The notes beneath the pieces were generated by a model that saw nothing but the letters and a program-made list of their open reading frames with translations, had not been told where the DNA came from and did no database searches. The position numbers and the translations under genes are program-made. Below, one piece after another: positions 25,698 through 40,400 of a DNA stretch of 64,000 nucleotides. Source of the DNA: Octopus vulgaris (Eukaryota); assembly GCA_951406725.2 (NCBI GenBank), contig OX597816.1:17174001-17238000 (forward strand), given 5' to 3'. Position 1 is the first letter of the stretch. The number at the start of each line of letters is the position of its first letter.

Positions 25698-28600
25698 AAG
25701 TGTTTGTAAGTATGTGTGTGTGTTGTGTTGTTTACGTTCCTGTAAGTAATCAATTTGGAGAAAGATACTGATAGAATAAGTACCAAGCTTTGAAAAAAAT
25801 GGGTTGAATTCATTCAAATGAAATTACTTGGGGCCGTGCCCCTAATATGGTTGCATTCTAATGACACAAACAATTATAAGATAGAATCATTGTCTGGAGA
25901 ATACTGTCTCTGTTACTAATAGGCAGTAGTATATCCGTGGTCTTAAAGTAATAACCATATTGAATTTACTTGCTTCAGTTTGACACCCACTAAAGAAACA
26001 ATTGTATTAAGGAGCTGTTAGAAAAGACTCCTAAAGGAATTGCAGTGAAACTGCTGCCAGAAACTTAATAAAACAACCGGTCCTTAGTATTAATCATGAA
26101 GTCAAATTTAGATTTATCACACGACTGTATTGCACAACCAGTTTGAAAATACACTTGGAATAAAATATTACTTTCTGTTTCATCAAGAAAATAGTTAATG
26201 TAATTTTATTAACTAATGTCCTCGGTAATTTACACCCAATTCAATTTGCAGTGCTTTTTGTTATCATCTCATTGCAGGAATACTTATTAGTAAAAGCAGA
26301 TGAAGAAACTAATAAATAAAGCAAACAGGTAATAGATAAATAAGCATCAATTTTCTTAAACAAATAGGTAACAAAACTTCAAAACAAACTGAAAACCAAT
26401 TTATTTTTGTAGAGGTGAGTAGAAAATATTACAACAAGAAACATTGCATGTATATATTCTTGTGTGGAAGGAATATAACTTTAAGTTTATTGGTAAGCGT
26501 TGGAGTTTAGCAGCACTAAGTAATCAATTTCAAAGTCATTTGTCAAATTAAATGAGAAATTAGTTTCATTCAGTAGATAAATGCCGTGCATTTTCGATGC
26601 AGAGGCAGTGTTGAATTACCATTAAAGACCACTTTATGGAGCTTTTCCTTGCTCTAACTTCATTTGAAGATATCCATGACTAATGAGAATGTAAAATAAG
26701 ATGACTTGAAACAGTTCTGGACAGGTTTCACTCAGCAAAGCATTGCTTGATTAAAAGCAGGAATACAAATAAATATCTCCTGATTTCTAATAATGAAGAT
26801 AACATTCGATGCCTTCATTACATTAATAACCGCCAGCGTACATTTGACATAGACTCATTAATCAGAAACCAGAACTCATTCTGAACTTTCTGCTCATCAT
26901 TTATGTGACAAATGATAAAGTGAAATTTTCTCTGCATATCTGTGTATGTGTGTATACATATCTGTAAACATATTTGTGCACACACATACACACACATATA
27001 TATACATATATACATATATACATATTTTATATAAATATATATATAAATACATATTTTATATATATATATATATAAAATACATACTTTATATCTATACATG
27101 CAAACACGTATATTTGCATATATTTATGTATATACATGCAAACACATATATTTGCATATATTTATGTATATACATACAAGCATGTATATTTGCAAAGTAC
27201 ATAATCATTTAGTTCCCATATAGTATATTGTTTCTGTAACATTGTGAAGTTGCTACAAGACATAGAAGTTACAATAAGACTGAAATCCATCTTCAAGTTG
27301 AAAAATGGTCTTCCTTAGTAACTTCATTCTCTGAAACATCTTTCCTTACACTGATTTGATGGTGGCGTGGTTGGTATGTACGTACGATTCCTGACTTTGG
27401 AATAAGATTCATATCATGTTCTCGTAAAAAGAAAATGCTTCATTTTCTGTAATTTATCAAAATGTAACAGAGAAAGATCACTTTACACTTGGCTATGTAG
27501 TCTGTGAATTCTTAGAAATTCCATTCCTTCTTCCTATCACTTCCGCATGCGTAGTTAGCAAAAGTGTTTACCTGTACATTGTTTCTTGCATTTAGGTTAT
27601 GATTTGCTGAATGCTGAAAATCATAATACCCTAAAGGCTTTTAGCAATCTAAAAAAGAAAGATTAATAATAATAAAATATGAAACAAAACAACCACACTA
27701 CACTATCGCATTCACAAAAACTGGGTCTTTGAATTCAATTAACATCTCAATGAACAATTTGTTAGTAGCTGCGCCAGACAGAATACTTTTCAAATACAAA
27801 GATCTGTCTAATTAGCGAGTTTAAGAAAAAAAATTCCTAAAGTATAGATGATTTTTTAATGAATGCATGAACGCATGACAATAAATATTAAAAACGCATT
27901 CATATTTAAACGAGCTATTATTTCCTTCATATGTATACACTTACTATTTAAATATGCTGTGAGTATCGTATAAAATATATAATCAAATTTGTATCATATA
28001 TTTCTGTTGCACTTTTCTTAAGCATATAAAAATCGATTTTTTAATTGATTTTTTTTTCCCCCATCAAACTATTTATATGTTTGGAGATGTTTATTATAAG
28101 GCTTTCTCGGTTTCAGATGAGTAAATTATGTCAGGAAATTATAGATGCACACGAGTGTCTCTTCTTCTTCGCAGTAAAGAATAATGTTATAGGAATATTG
28201 CATATCAGTCTCAACCAATTTGGAAGGTAAACATATTTTATAGTAAGATACTCAATCTGAAGCTTCCAGCAGATATGTTAATGTTCATATATACATACAT
28301 CAATCATTCAGTATATTTTTGTTTACGCCTTGATAAAAAAATTTGCATAAATTCAATTATTATTCTTTTCTTTATTTTTCTTTTTGACAAATAATTTTAT
28401 ATCAATCATACATGCACACAGCTAGACATACTCACACACAAACACACATACAAGCATAAGTAAGCCAAGGAATACAGCTATACTACTAATATATAAAACA
28501 CTCTGTGTCTATGTGTGCATGTGTGTATGTATTTGTATATATGTATGTATATGTATATTTGTATATGCGCATGTGCATATATGTATGTGTGTGTATATAT

Positions 28601-28719
28601 ATATATATAAATAATACATGCATATATAGACAGAGAGATAGATAGATAGATAGGTAGATAGAAGGAAAGATAGATGTATGTGTATATGCATATCTATATC
28701 CTCCTCCTCCTCCTCATCA

Positions 28720-29650
28720 TCATCATCATCATTTCCATGCTGGCATGGGTTGGACGGTTTGACTGGGGACTGGTGAGCCAGATGGTTGCACCAGGCTCCA
28801 ATCTGATCTGGTAGAGTTTCTACAGCTGGATGCCCTTCCTAATGCCAACCTAAATATATATATATGAAATGAAGGTGTATAGCTTAGTAGTTAGGGTGTT
28901 GTACTCATGGCTGTAAGATTGTGGTTTTAATTCCTGGACTGGATGTATTGTGTTCTTGAGCAAGGCACTTTATTTCATGTTGCTCCTGACCACTCAGCTG
29001 GTGAAAATGATTAATCCTGTGACAAACTGGATTCCTGTCTAGAGGTGGGGAAAATAAACCGTACAGAGTCTGGGAAACTTGACTTTTGGAGCCAATGGCT
29101 TCAGAAGAACCTTTGATCCTTTTTTTTTTTTTTAGTATCTATACAGGCACAAGTGTGACTGTTTGGTTAAGACCTTTCCAACCATGTGATCCTGAGTTCA
29201 GTTTTAATGAGTTTTGTAAGGTATATATATATATGCACTGGCAACGACCTCGCTTGAATGTTTTGTTCATGTGCCACTGGCACAAGTGCTAGTAAGGCGG
29301 CGCTGGTAAAGATTACGCTCAAATTGTACTTTTTATGTGCCACCGGCACGAGAGCCGGTCAGGTGGTACTGGCAACGGCCATGCTCAAATTGTGTTTTTA
29401 TGTGCCACCTGCACAGGAGTCAGTCCAGTGGCACTGGTTACGACCTCACTCGAATGTTTTGTTCACGTGCCACCAGCACAAGTGCTAGTAAGGTGACGCT
29501 GGTAAAGATTATGCTCAAATGGTACTTCTTTTAACGTGCCACCAGCACAGAAGCCAGACAGCTGCTCTGGCAGTGATCCCACTCGGATGGAGCTGTTAGC
29601 GCTCTACTGCCACGGGTGCCAGTCATCGAATTTGATTCAATTTCGATTAT
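28720..29650 (-). mobile_element. Family C pieces (28720-28850 and 29235-29650) split by a family D SINE; others at 6538-6690, 17490-17660, 25495-25637, 35195-35480, 40570-40870, 46126-46262
   Basis: Shared CAGCTGGATGCCCTTCCTAA(C/T)GCCAACC and GTGCCACC(A/G)GCAC subrepeats. Confidence 0.75.
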
Positions 29651-30068
29651 TTCATGATAACTTTCAAATGCTTTTCTCTATGGATGATCTTTCAAACTAA
29701 TCAAGTTTTGTCTAGTCAGGAGGATACCACTATTTGTTGTGCAATACAATTTAACATTTATCTTTGACTAACGTCCAAAGGTTGTTTATAAAATTGTGAT
29801 GAATATTTTTGTAATTTTAATAACAGACTCAGGATGATGTCTGACATGTTTCCTATCATCAATCCAGCAATTTTGCATTATTCACATGACATGTCATTTT
29901 TCTTCTCCTACTGTTTTCCCATCAAGTAGAAGATTTCAATTTTTCTCATTTTGCTTTTGTTGTTTTCATTGATATGAAAGTAATTCATCATTATGACTGC
30001 TGTGTTAAGAGGTTTGCATCCAAACAGTGTGGTGTCAGGTTCAATCCTGAAACCATATAGCTGGGATG

Positions 30069-30103
<35 letters not shown>

Positions 30104-30479
30104 GAGTAATTTAGTGTCCATGTGTTTGTGTGTGGCTTAGTGGTTAGGATGTTATAGTCGTGATTGCAAGATTGTAGTTTCAATTCCTGGACTAGGTGAT
30201 ACATTATATTGTTGAGCCAAATATCATTTCATACAGCTCCAAGTCCCTTCAGCTTCCACAAACCTGTAATCCAGTAATGGACAGGCAACCCATCTAAAGG
30301 AGAGAAAATATACGTCACAGAATCAGGGAGACTGACCTCATGAGCTTATGGCTTGGGAAAGACCTTTCATTCTTTTTTTGATACATACCTACATAAGGCC
30401 AATCAAAGCCTATATATATATATATATATACATATATATAGCCTATATATATATATGTAGCCTATATATATATATGTAG

Positions 30480-30520
<41 letters not shown>

Positions 30521-30523
<3 letters not shown>

Positions 30524-30910
30524 CGCAGGAGTGGCTGTGTGGTAAGTAGTTTACTTACCAACTACATGGTTCCAGGTTCATTTCCACTGTGTGGCACCTT
30601 GGGCAAGTGTCTTTTACTATAGCCTCAGGCTGACCAAAGCCTTTTGATGGAAACTGAAAGAAGCCCGTCCTATATATGTATATATATATGTATAAGTATG
30701 TGTGTGTATGTTTGTACATCTGTTTGTCCCCCAACATTGCTTGACAACCGATGCTGGTGTGTTTACATCCCTGTAACTTAGCGGTTCAGCAAAAGAGACT
30801 GATAAAATAAGTACTAGGCTTACAAAGAATAATTCCTGGGGTCGATTTGCTAGACTAAAGGTGGTGTTGCAGCATGGCCACAGTCAAATGACTGAAACAG
30901 GTAAAAGAGT
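30521..30910 (+). mobile_element. Family A SINE, full length; others at 32595-33005 (-), 33683-33875 (+), 35580-35928 (-), 37888-38145 (-, tandem heads), 54452-54962 (-)
   Basis: AGGCGCAGGAGTGGCTGTGTGG head through GACTGAAACAGGTAAAAGAG tail. Confidence 0.85.
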
Positions 30911-31703
30911 ACCTCAACCATGTGAGCATCAACAACACATTACACCTTGGACCATGTCGTTCACTACAGCTTCTGTACCTCACCATTAATGAATAATTCC
31001 TGGTGACTTGACTTCTTCGACATAGCAAACATTTCACCACAAAGATTGGTCTTCCTCCGAGCCTTGAAAAATTTCAGCTCCCCAACAATTATCAACCTTC
31101 TGTAAGTAAAAGAGTTAGAGAGTGGGGGTACGTATTTGTTTATCGTAGACATTTCTTATATAAATACTCAATCTAAGAGAGACAGAGAGAGAGAGAGAGA
31201 AGGATGGAGGCAGGACATATTTAGATGCCATTATAGAACTAAGATGTCACATATATTTTTCTCTTATCATTTATGTATTGTTTCCAGTATTTTGAATAAT
31301 ACTAGGTTTCTGAGAAGAGTAATTTAATTTTACACACAAATCATTTAATTATATCATAAATTTTGTAAAATTATTATCAATAGCCCCCACACTGGTTATG
31401 CGTTTGTTTACACTGACTGTTTCTCTTTTATTTATGAAGGGCAAGACAGAGGGACATCTTAGAATGCCAGCAGCCATTATGAAGCTAGAATGTCACATTT
31501 TATTCCTCTGTTATTACCTACGCATTGTTCCCCTACTATCCTTGATAATTCTGGGTTTCAAAGAAGAACCATTTAATTTCGAATATGAACTATATAACTT
31601 AATTACTTCACACATGACACAGCAACAATGACAGCGCAGTACTCCCTGGCTGGTGTTAAGATCCATATATCTTTCTCTGTCATCATCATCATCATCGTCA
31701 TCG

Positions 31704-31754
<51 letters not shown>

Positions 31755-31800
31755 CCATCATCATCACCATCACCACCACCACCACCACCACCACCATCAT

Positions 31801-31836
<36 letters not shown>

Positions 31837-33377
31837 TATCATCATCATCATCATCCTCATCATCATCAGAAATCATGATTATGATCATCATTATTATTGC
31901 TAGCCTTCAACCAAAATTTGAAACTTTATTTATTATTATCATTATCATTATTATCATTATTATTGTTATTATTATTATTGTTAGTATTATTACTATTATT
32001 AATATTATTATTTATCATTGTCATTGTCATCATCATCATCATCATCATCATCACCATTCTTATCTATGTATTGTCCTTCCTATCTTAAATTATTTAAGGT
32101 TTCTAAAGACAATTTAAACACAAAAGCCGAGGAGGGTGTCTTCAAAACTCTGGCAGCCATTATAGATATATACATATCTCATTTATTTATTCATTATCAT
32201 CTTTACATTTTTCCTAAAATTTTAAAGCAATTTACAGTTCCTAAGGATAATTTAATTTTAGATCATCATTATGAGTCATTTAGTTATATTATAAAATCTA
32301 ACTGGTTGCTGCAACTCCACCGATCGAAACACCACAATCAGAAGCGCCATTAGTGTAAACAACACTGTGTCTTATATACATGGAGACAGACTGCCTCCTC
32401 CTTTTTTCCTACAATCTTCTCTGAATGATGCTAAAAAGGGGGAGAAAATAGTTGGAAGCCATATTGAGTTGAGAAAATGCTGCATCTCCTGTATAGGGAA
32501 ACCAAATTAACCCTTTTCTGTTGGAATTCACTGTTTGTTTGGTTTCAATTAATTTTGAAATTAATTAAGAATTTAGTGAAATAACTTTTAAGTTTTATCT
32601 TTTATTTGTTCCACTCATAAAACTGTGGCCATGCTGGGGTACTGCCTTGAAAAATATTTAGTCAAATGAATTGACCACCAGGGATTTTTTTAGTTTGGTA
32701 CTTATTCTATTGGTCTCTTTTATCCAACTGTTAAATTATGGGGATGTAAACACACCAACACCGGTTGTCAGGCAATGGTGGGAGACAGACACAGATACAC
32801 GCATATACACACACGCACACACACATCCATGCACACATACACATACATACAACAAGCTTCTTTCAGTTTCCATCTACCAAATAGACTCACAAGGCTTTAA
32901 TCAGCCTGAGGCTACAGAAGAAGAGACTTGCCCTAGGTACGATGCAGTAGGACTGATTCCACAACCATGTGTTTGGGAAGCAAGCTTCTAACAACATGGC
33001 CATTCCTGGTCAATATTAAACTAGTATTTAGAACATAAATTAACATAAATAACGTGGTTTTGAAAGAATTACAAAATTTAGAGGATCCTTTCAATTTAGA
33101 TCCCTTTAAAACAAGAAGCTTGAATCATAGGACTAAGAGTGATCTCTAGTCAATATTAAACTAGTATTTATAACATAAATTAACATGTGATTTTGAAGGA
33201 ATTACAGCATGATAAAATGTACTCAGACACCATTGTGAAATAGTGGGAATAGGGAAGACTATAGTGAGATAATGTACCACATTGGATGGTGAAACAAAGG
33301 ACCATGGTGGATGAAGAGACTAGGGATCACTGTAGGGACATCTAGGACAGTAATAGCTCTAAAGATTTGACAAAGAA

Positions 33378-33613
33378 TAGATATTTCTTTACTACCCACA
33401 AGGGGTTAAACACAGAGGGGACAAACAAGGACAGACAAACGGATTAAGTCGATTACATCGACCCCAGTGCGTGACTGGTACTTAATTTATTGACCCCGAA
33501 AGGATGAAAGGCAACGTCGACCTTGGCGGAATTTGAACTCAGAACGTAACAGCAGACGAAATACGGCTACACATTTCGCCCAGCGTGCTAATGTTTCTGC
33601 CAGCTCGCCGCCT
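33378..33613 (-). mobile_element. Family B SINE monomer
   Basis: Near-consensus copy; reverse complement starts AGGCGGCGAGCTGGCAGAAAC. Confidence 0.85.
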
Positions 33614-34784
33614 ATTTGACAAAGAATGGAGATTACTCTGCTGTCCTCCCATACGAGAGGTGGTATGATAAAATGTACCACCACCATCGCTTGACAACTG
33701 ATGTTGGTGTGTTTACGTCCCTGTAACTTAACAGTTCGGCAAAAGACACCAATAGAATAAGTATGAAATTTACAAAGAATAAGTCCTAGAGTCGATCTAT
33801 TTTTACTAAAATGTGGTGCTCCAGCATGGCCACAGTCAAATGACTGAAAAATGTAAGAAAAATAAAAGAGTAAAAGAACGGATAAACAAGATGCATATGT
33901 GTCTGTCTGTATGTATGCCTGCGTGGACTTGTGTCTGTGTGTTATATTTCTGAAAATTCATTTATTTTTATGAGTATAAAACTCTATATGCATTTAACTA
34001 TATCTTTATATATCATATCACTATTTAATATTGTTTATTAATGTTAATTCGTCTCTCATACATGAAGAGAATTGTAAAGATTCTGTGAGTGATAATATAT
34101 TCAAATTTAGTTTTCTTCAAATGGACAGATTTTTTAAAACGATCTTCTTGTATATTTACAGACATGCTGTCTTGAAATTTATACTTGGTTTTGTCATAAT
34201 TATGTATTGCTTAAACCTAATCATGTTGTCTGGAATTATTTTATAACTATTCTGTTCATTAATATTACTCATATTTTGGCAAATTTTTAAGGCATTTGCA
34301 GGCAGACTGTCTGATATAAAATATATTTATTTCTATATTGTATTCCAAAAAGCTGGAGGCAGAAATAGAAAAAAATATATATATATAAATAAAAAAGACT
34401 ATATATAACTGGGAAATTATATTTTACTACAATTCGACATTTTCAGCAGTTTCTACAGACAAAAGTATGAAGCATAATTGTAATTTTCGACTTCGGAATT
34501 CATATTTAATAATTTGTGTTCTGCAGTGTCATTAGTCTCAGAAGAAAACAAAATTGATGTCACTGAAGAAACGTAGGATTGACAGAGAAATTCTGTATAT
34601 ACATCAATCATAGAAATTATATTCCAGTTAAATAATGATAAAGGCAAAGATGAAGCAAAATAGGAAAGGAATTTCTGAATTTGTTTTTAAGCTGACAGAC
34701 CATTCTGTCACTAATCTAAACTTCAAGGAACAATAATATACATACATTCATACCAACCAACCTATCTGTCTGTCTGTCTATCTG

Positions 34785-34858
<74 letters not shown>

Positions 34859-37033
34859 CATCCATCCATATCATCACCACCACCACCACCACCACCACCA
34901 CCACCATCATCCTCATCCTCATCATCACCACCATCACTACCATCACCATCATCACCATCATCATCATCACCATCATCATCATCACCATCACCACCACCAT
35001 CACCATCATCACCATCCTCCTCCTCCTCCTCATCATCATCATCATCATAATCATCATCATCCTCCGCCTCCTCCTCATCATCATCATCATCATCACCACC
35101 ATCATCACCACCATCATCATCACCATCACCACCACCACCGCATCCACCACCTCCACCACTACCACCACTACCACCACCACCACCACTACCACCACCATCA
35201 TCAATTAATGTGCAGTGTCCATGCTGGCATGGATTGAACAGTTTGACCAGGGCTGACAACCTGGAAGGCTGTACCAGGCTCCAATCTTGATTTGGCATGG
35301 TTTCTGGTGCTGGATGCTCTTCCTAATGCCAACCGCTCCGAGAGTGTAATGGGTGCTTTTACTTGCCACCACCACGGGTGCCATTTGTGTGACATTGGTA
35401 TCCGCCATGACTGCAATTTTACTTAGCATGATCGGTCTTCTTCTCAAGCACGACATTATGCCAAAGTGTTTGGCCATTTAGCAGGAGCAACAGAGTGATT
35501 CAAGGGCCAAAAGTTTTGTGCTCTCAAAACCCCTCACTTGATGATGTGTGAGTATGCAACTATTTCTGGATCACATTTTCTTCTACTTGTTTCAGTCATT
35601 TGACTGTGGCCACTGCCTTTAGCTGAACGAATTGACCCCAGGACTTATTCTTTGTAAGCTCGATACTTATTGTGTCAGTCTCTTTTGCTGAACTGCTAAG
35701 TTATGGTGATGTAAACACATCGACATTAGTTGTCAAACGCTGGTGGTGGGTGGGGTGGGGGCAAACAAAGACACACAAGCATATACATTTACATACATGT
35801 ACATATATATATATATATATATACACACGCACACACATACATATAACAGGCTTTTTCAGTTTCCATCTACCAAATCCACTCACAAGGCTTTGGTCAACCC
35901 AAGGCTATAGTTGAAGGCAAAGTGCCACAAAAGATGCAAGATGCATGTGGAAGATAGACACATGCAAGATGCACACATATGATGCTATGCATCAGGAGCA
36001 CACAGGCATGCATATACATGTAGATTCATAAATGATCTCATACAGTTTGTGGTATTTTACTTCCCTTTTTCTTTCCTTTTCTGCAAATAGCAAAACCAGA
36101 GTGCACAAGGAGGCAGAGAAAAAATTAGGGAATATCATAAGTAATGATACTGTTGGTGCTTGTTTTGCATACTGTGGTAGAATGTGGTGTAGGCTGAAAG
36201 AGAATGATGATGATGATGATGATGATGAAGATAGCATGGATATATGGTGCAATGGTGACAGGTTTATGGAAGCAGCACTGACAGGAGAAGTTGCCCTGAG
36301 ATTTGGGAGAGCACTGAGTAACATAATGTTGAGGTAGAGGAGAAACAGGGGAGGTTCATTGGGTCATTGAAAGGGCCACGTGAGCAGATAGGATCTGTAT
36401 GTAACAGAATCCCCGAGATGAACTACCAGGTGAGAGGATGTGGTGTAATGTACACATATACATTGTAATGAATATCTTCTCTAAGAAGAGAAACCGGTTG
36501 GTAATTATATACTTTGAAATATCTAATTATGTGTTCTTGTAGTTGTGTACTTTGGAGTGTTCAATAAAGTATTTCAAGATGATATAAATATAAATATATA
36601 CTTATGAATATGTAATCTTCCACAATTTGATTGAAGTAATGTATTTTGCATTCAATATATTTTGGTATGTGTCATAATATATTTTCAAATAATTTAATTG
36701 CAATGTTTTTGAATACAACTCACACCTGTCCAACCCATGCCAACATGGAGAACAGACTTTAAATGATGATGATGATGATATCGTATTCTGAAATAATTTG
36801 ATTATAATAATATAATTTGGAATTAATTAACTGCAATGTTTACATTGCTGCTAATTAATTCCAAAGAATAATGTTTTCTTTTTATCATTATTTTTCTGTA
36901 TCTCCTAATACCTCCCAGCCTGGGTGGGATGTTTTTAATGTTCTCTCTTTCTCCCCCTCTCTCTCTTTCTCCTTCTCTCTCTCTTTCTCCCCCTCTCTCT
37001 CTTTCTCCCTCTCTCTCTTTCTCCCTCTCTCTT

Positions 37034-37065
<32 letters not shown>

Positions 37066-37076
37066 CTCCCTCTCTT

Positions 37077-37114
<38 letters not shown>

Positions 37115-37206
37115 TCTCTCTTTTTCTCCCTCTCTCTCTCTTTCTCTCTCTCTCTTTCTCCCACTTTCTCTCTCTGTCTCTACATGCACACACACACACA
37201 CACATG

Positions 37207-37267
<61 letters not shown>

Positions 37268-37299
37268 TTCTTTTGTTGCATTACTTTCATATGCTTTCA

Positions 37300-37885
37300 A
37301 GGATTGCAACAGGGGAATCGGAATCAGATTTCAGACATCTGGTCAGTCGTATTTTTAATTTGACCCGGTTTAACTGCAGAGCAAAGACTTTCAAATTACT
37401 TGCCATAGAATTACTTTATGCTGATGATGATGATTTGTTGGCACACTCAGAGGGGGACATGCAACTTTCAATGGACAGATTTTCCACTGCATGTGTAAAT
37501 TTCAGATTCACAATTAGTAAACCAAAGTAATGTTTACTCTTGTGCCAGGACAAACATATTCTGAACCAAACATTTTTGTGAATGGAACAAGGTTAGAAGT
37601 CATTGACATCTTTGTTTATCTCGGAAACACACTGTCAAGAGATGGTGGTTTTGATGCAGAGACATACTATTGAATAAGGAAGGGAGGTGTTGCATTGGGA
37701 AAGCTTGAAAACTGAGTATGGGAAGATAGAGGTATTTCCTTGCAGATAAAAATTAGTGTCTATAAAGCATGTGTATTGTCTGCACTTCTTTATTCAAGTG
37801 AGACATGGACCACTTACAAGTGTCGTATAAAAATGCTGGAGAGATTTCATCAAAAGTGCCTCGGATGTATCTTAAGAGTCAAGTG
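37300..37885 (+). pseudogene. RTE (BovB-like) reverse transcriptase fragment
   Basis: IFNLTRF...ELLYADDDDLLAHSEGDMQLSMDRFSTAC...FVYLGNTLSRD...KISVYKACVLSALLYSSETWT...LERFHQKCL, with a frameshift and stops. Confidence 0.85.
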
Positions 37886-38144
37886 TTGTTGGTAAGCAAG
37901 CTACTTACCACACAGCCACTCCCGTGCCTCTGTCTACCAAATTTATTTACAAGAATTTTGTTGGCATGAGGCTATAGTAAAAGACACTTGCCCAAGGTGC
38001 CATGCAATGGGACTGAACCCAGAACCATGTGGTTGGTAAGCAAGCTACTTACCACACAACCACTCCTGCGCCCATGTCTACCAAATTTATTTACAAAGGT
38101 TTTGTTGGCCTGAAGCTATAGTAAAAGACACTTGCCTAAGGTGG

Positions 38145-38828
38145 CACATGTCAAGTCAGTAGTCCAGCTCCTCCCAAATACGCTACAGCATGTCTTGGGT
38201 AACAGTTTCCAGTGCGGTAGTAATTCTCTGATTGAGTTCCTCTAGGTTTGCAGGAAGAGTGGGGACATAGACCAGGCTCTTCACATAGCCCCATGTTTGT
38301 GCTTTCGCTTGTCATCTGCTGTTATGGCCTGAACGTGCTGCAGCTTGTAGGGTTTCATTAGCAAGCATTTCCTCAGGATGCACCAAACTGTCATTGGAGT
38401 AATCTGGGTTTCCAGACTTGTTCTTCTTATGGACTTCTTGGAGCTTCACAAGAGTTTTTGGTGAACCCACTAGACCATCTCTTTCGATACTAGTGGTCAG
38501 ATCCTTTTGCCCTGCACAGACAGACTTCCTCTTTGAATTTTTTGCACCATATCCAAATCTGCATTGCAGTTTGTGACTTTTAGAGAACTTTCTCACAAAT
38601 GCACGCTGCACAGTCTGGTTCGACTGCGTTCAAACATACTTTAACACACAAAATGCCTTTTCTCTTTCAGTGAATGCCATTTCTATACCTGAAAAGATAA
38701 ACATATCAAACATCAAGCATAAAATTTTGACCTGTTTCTACACATGCTGTTAAAATTTGAAGTCATTTAAACAAGAACTGGAAAAGTTATTAGATTGCAA
38801 AATGATATCAAATTTTTTGAATACCCTG
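38145..38828 (-). mobile_element. Internally deleted Tc1/mariner element (DUF4817-type HTH transposase)
   Basis: End TA|CAGGGTATTC. N-terminus MAFTEREKAFCVLKY..SNQTVQRAFVRKF; C-terminus WGYVKSLVYVPPLPANLEELNQRITTALETVTQDML*RIWEELDY. Confidence 0.8.
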
Positions 38829-39051
38829 TACATATATATATATATATACACACCTACAAACATATACATATATATATGTAAATTTATATATGAATATACA
38901 TATCTTATTGAGTGTAATGTTCTATTGTTGATCATTCAACAAAAAGTATGTTATCTCCAGTGGGAGATAAATATCATTTAATATAACACAGGATTTAAAT
39001 ATGAGCTACTGTAAATTTCATGCATCTAATAGTAGACATGTATTATATATA

Positions 39052-39110
<59 letters not shown>

Positions 39111-39164
39111 ATGTAATACATGTATACTATTAAAATGCATGAAATGTGTGCATGTATGTGCATT

Positions 39165-39261
39165 TGTGTGCATGTGTTTATGTTTGTATATATATGCATG
39201 CATATATGTGCATACATTCACATGCATCTTCATGTATTCATTTCCTAATATGCATAGAAAT

Positions 39262-39309
<48 letters not shown>

Positions 39310-39550
39310 CATATATATCTATATATCTTACATATGTAGATATCTAAATAGATCTATATGTGTATTTCTATGCATATTAGGAAATGAATACATGAAGATG
39401 CATGTGAATGTATGTACATATATGCATGCATATATATATACATACAAACATAAACACACACACACACACATATATGCACATACACGCACACATGTGCATA
39501 CATCCACCTGCATCTTAATGTATTCATTTTCTAATATGCATAGAAATATA
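39165..39550. repeat. Direct-inverted-direct triplication
   Basis: TGCATCTT(C/A)ATGTATTCATTT(C/T)CTAATATGCATAGAAATA lies at about 39223 (+), 39363-39402 (inverted) and 39509 (+). Confidence 0.85.
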
Positions 39551-40032
39551 CTTACATAATTATGTACAAAGAACATGTCCACCAAGGTTATTTAGTGACT
39601 GGGTATGTAATTTAAATTGAAGAGAATGCAAAATATACAAATAATATTAACAAAATAATCTCTTTTTAACAATATATTTTAACAATATATAATTTTGCAT
39701 GCAGTCATGTATACATGTTTCCTCAATGTTCTGTGTGATACTGTGTTGATGAAGTCAAATTCAAAATTAAAATTGTAGGAAATCATGCTAAAAAACATAT
39801 TGAAATGTGCATATACTCTGAAAACTTAATTAAGCATAAATGTAATTTTTTTTCTGATCTTCATTATCACATTTCCTCTCATGCAATGCTGTGTATTCTT
39901 TATGATATTCAATGCTAACTTTGTAGTAACAACACATAAGTTTAAATTATAGTATTCAATGCTGACTTCTTTCTGTAACACACTGTTGTATGTATAGAAG
40001 TGGTTATTATTAGTTGTCGAATAACATTATAA

Positions 40033-40400
40033 CTTGAGAGGCGGTTGGATGGAACCTACACTCGCCTCCTAATGAGAGCTCAAAATCTCTCGTGGAAGCG
40101 CCATCCAACCAAAATGCAAATATATGGGAAATTACCACCTGTGTCATCTCTTGTGAAAGGTAGGAGAGTCCAGTTTGCTGGACATTGTTGTAGAGCTGAA
40201 AAAGAAGTAATCTCTACTCTTCTCCTCTGGAAGCCATCTACTCGCAATACCAGAGGGCGCACACTCTCCTACCCTGATGTAATCTCCAGGGATACAGGCA
40301 TCCAGCAACAGGACCTCCGTAATGCCATGATGGACCGTGAAGTCTGGTGTAACATAGTAAATTCCATTGTCTCGACCACGGTCGAACAATGATGATGATG
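40033..40400 (+). mobile_element. 5'-truncated RTE-like LINE 3' end with (TGA)n tail and 8-bp TSD
   Basis: LERRLDGTYTRLLMRAQNLSW...RRVQFAGHC...LLWKP...AMMDREVW; TSD ATAACTTG at 40029-40036 and 40401-40408. Confidence 0.85.
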
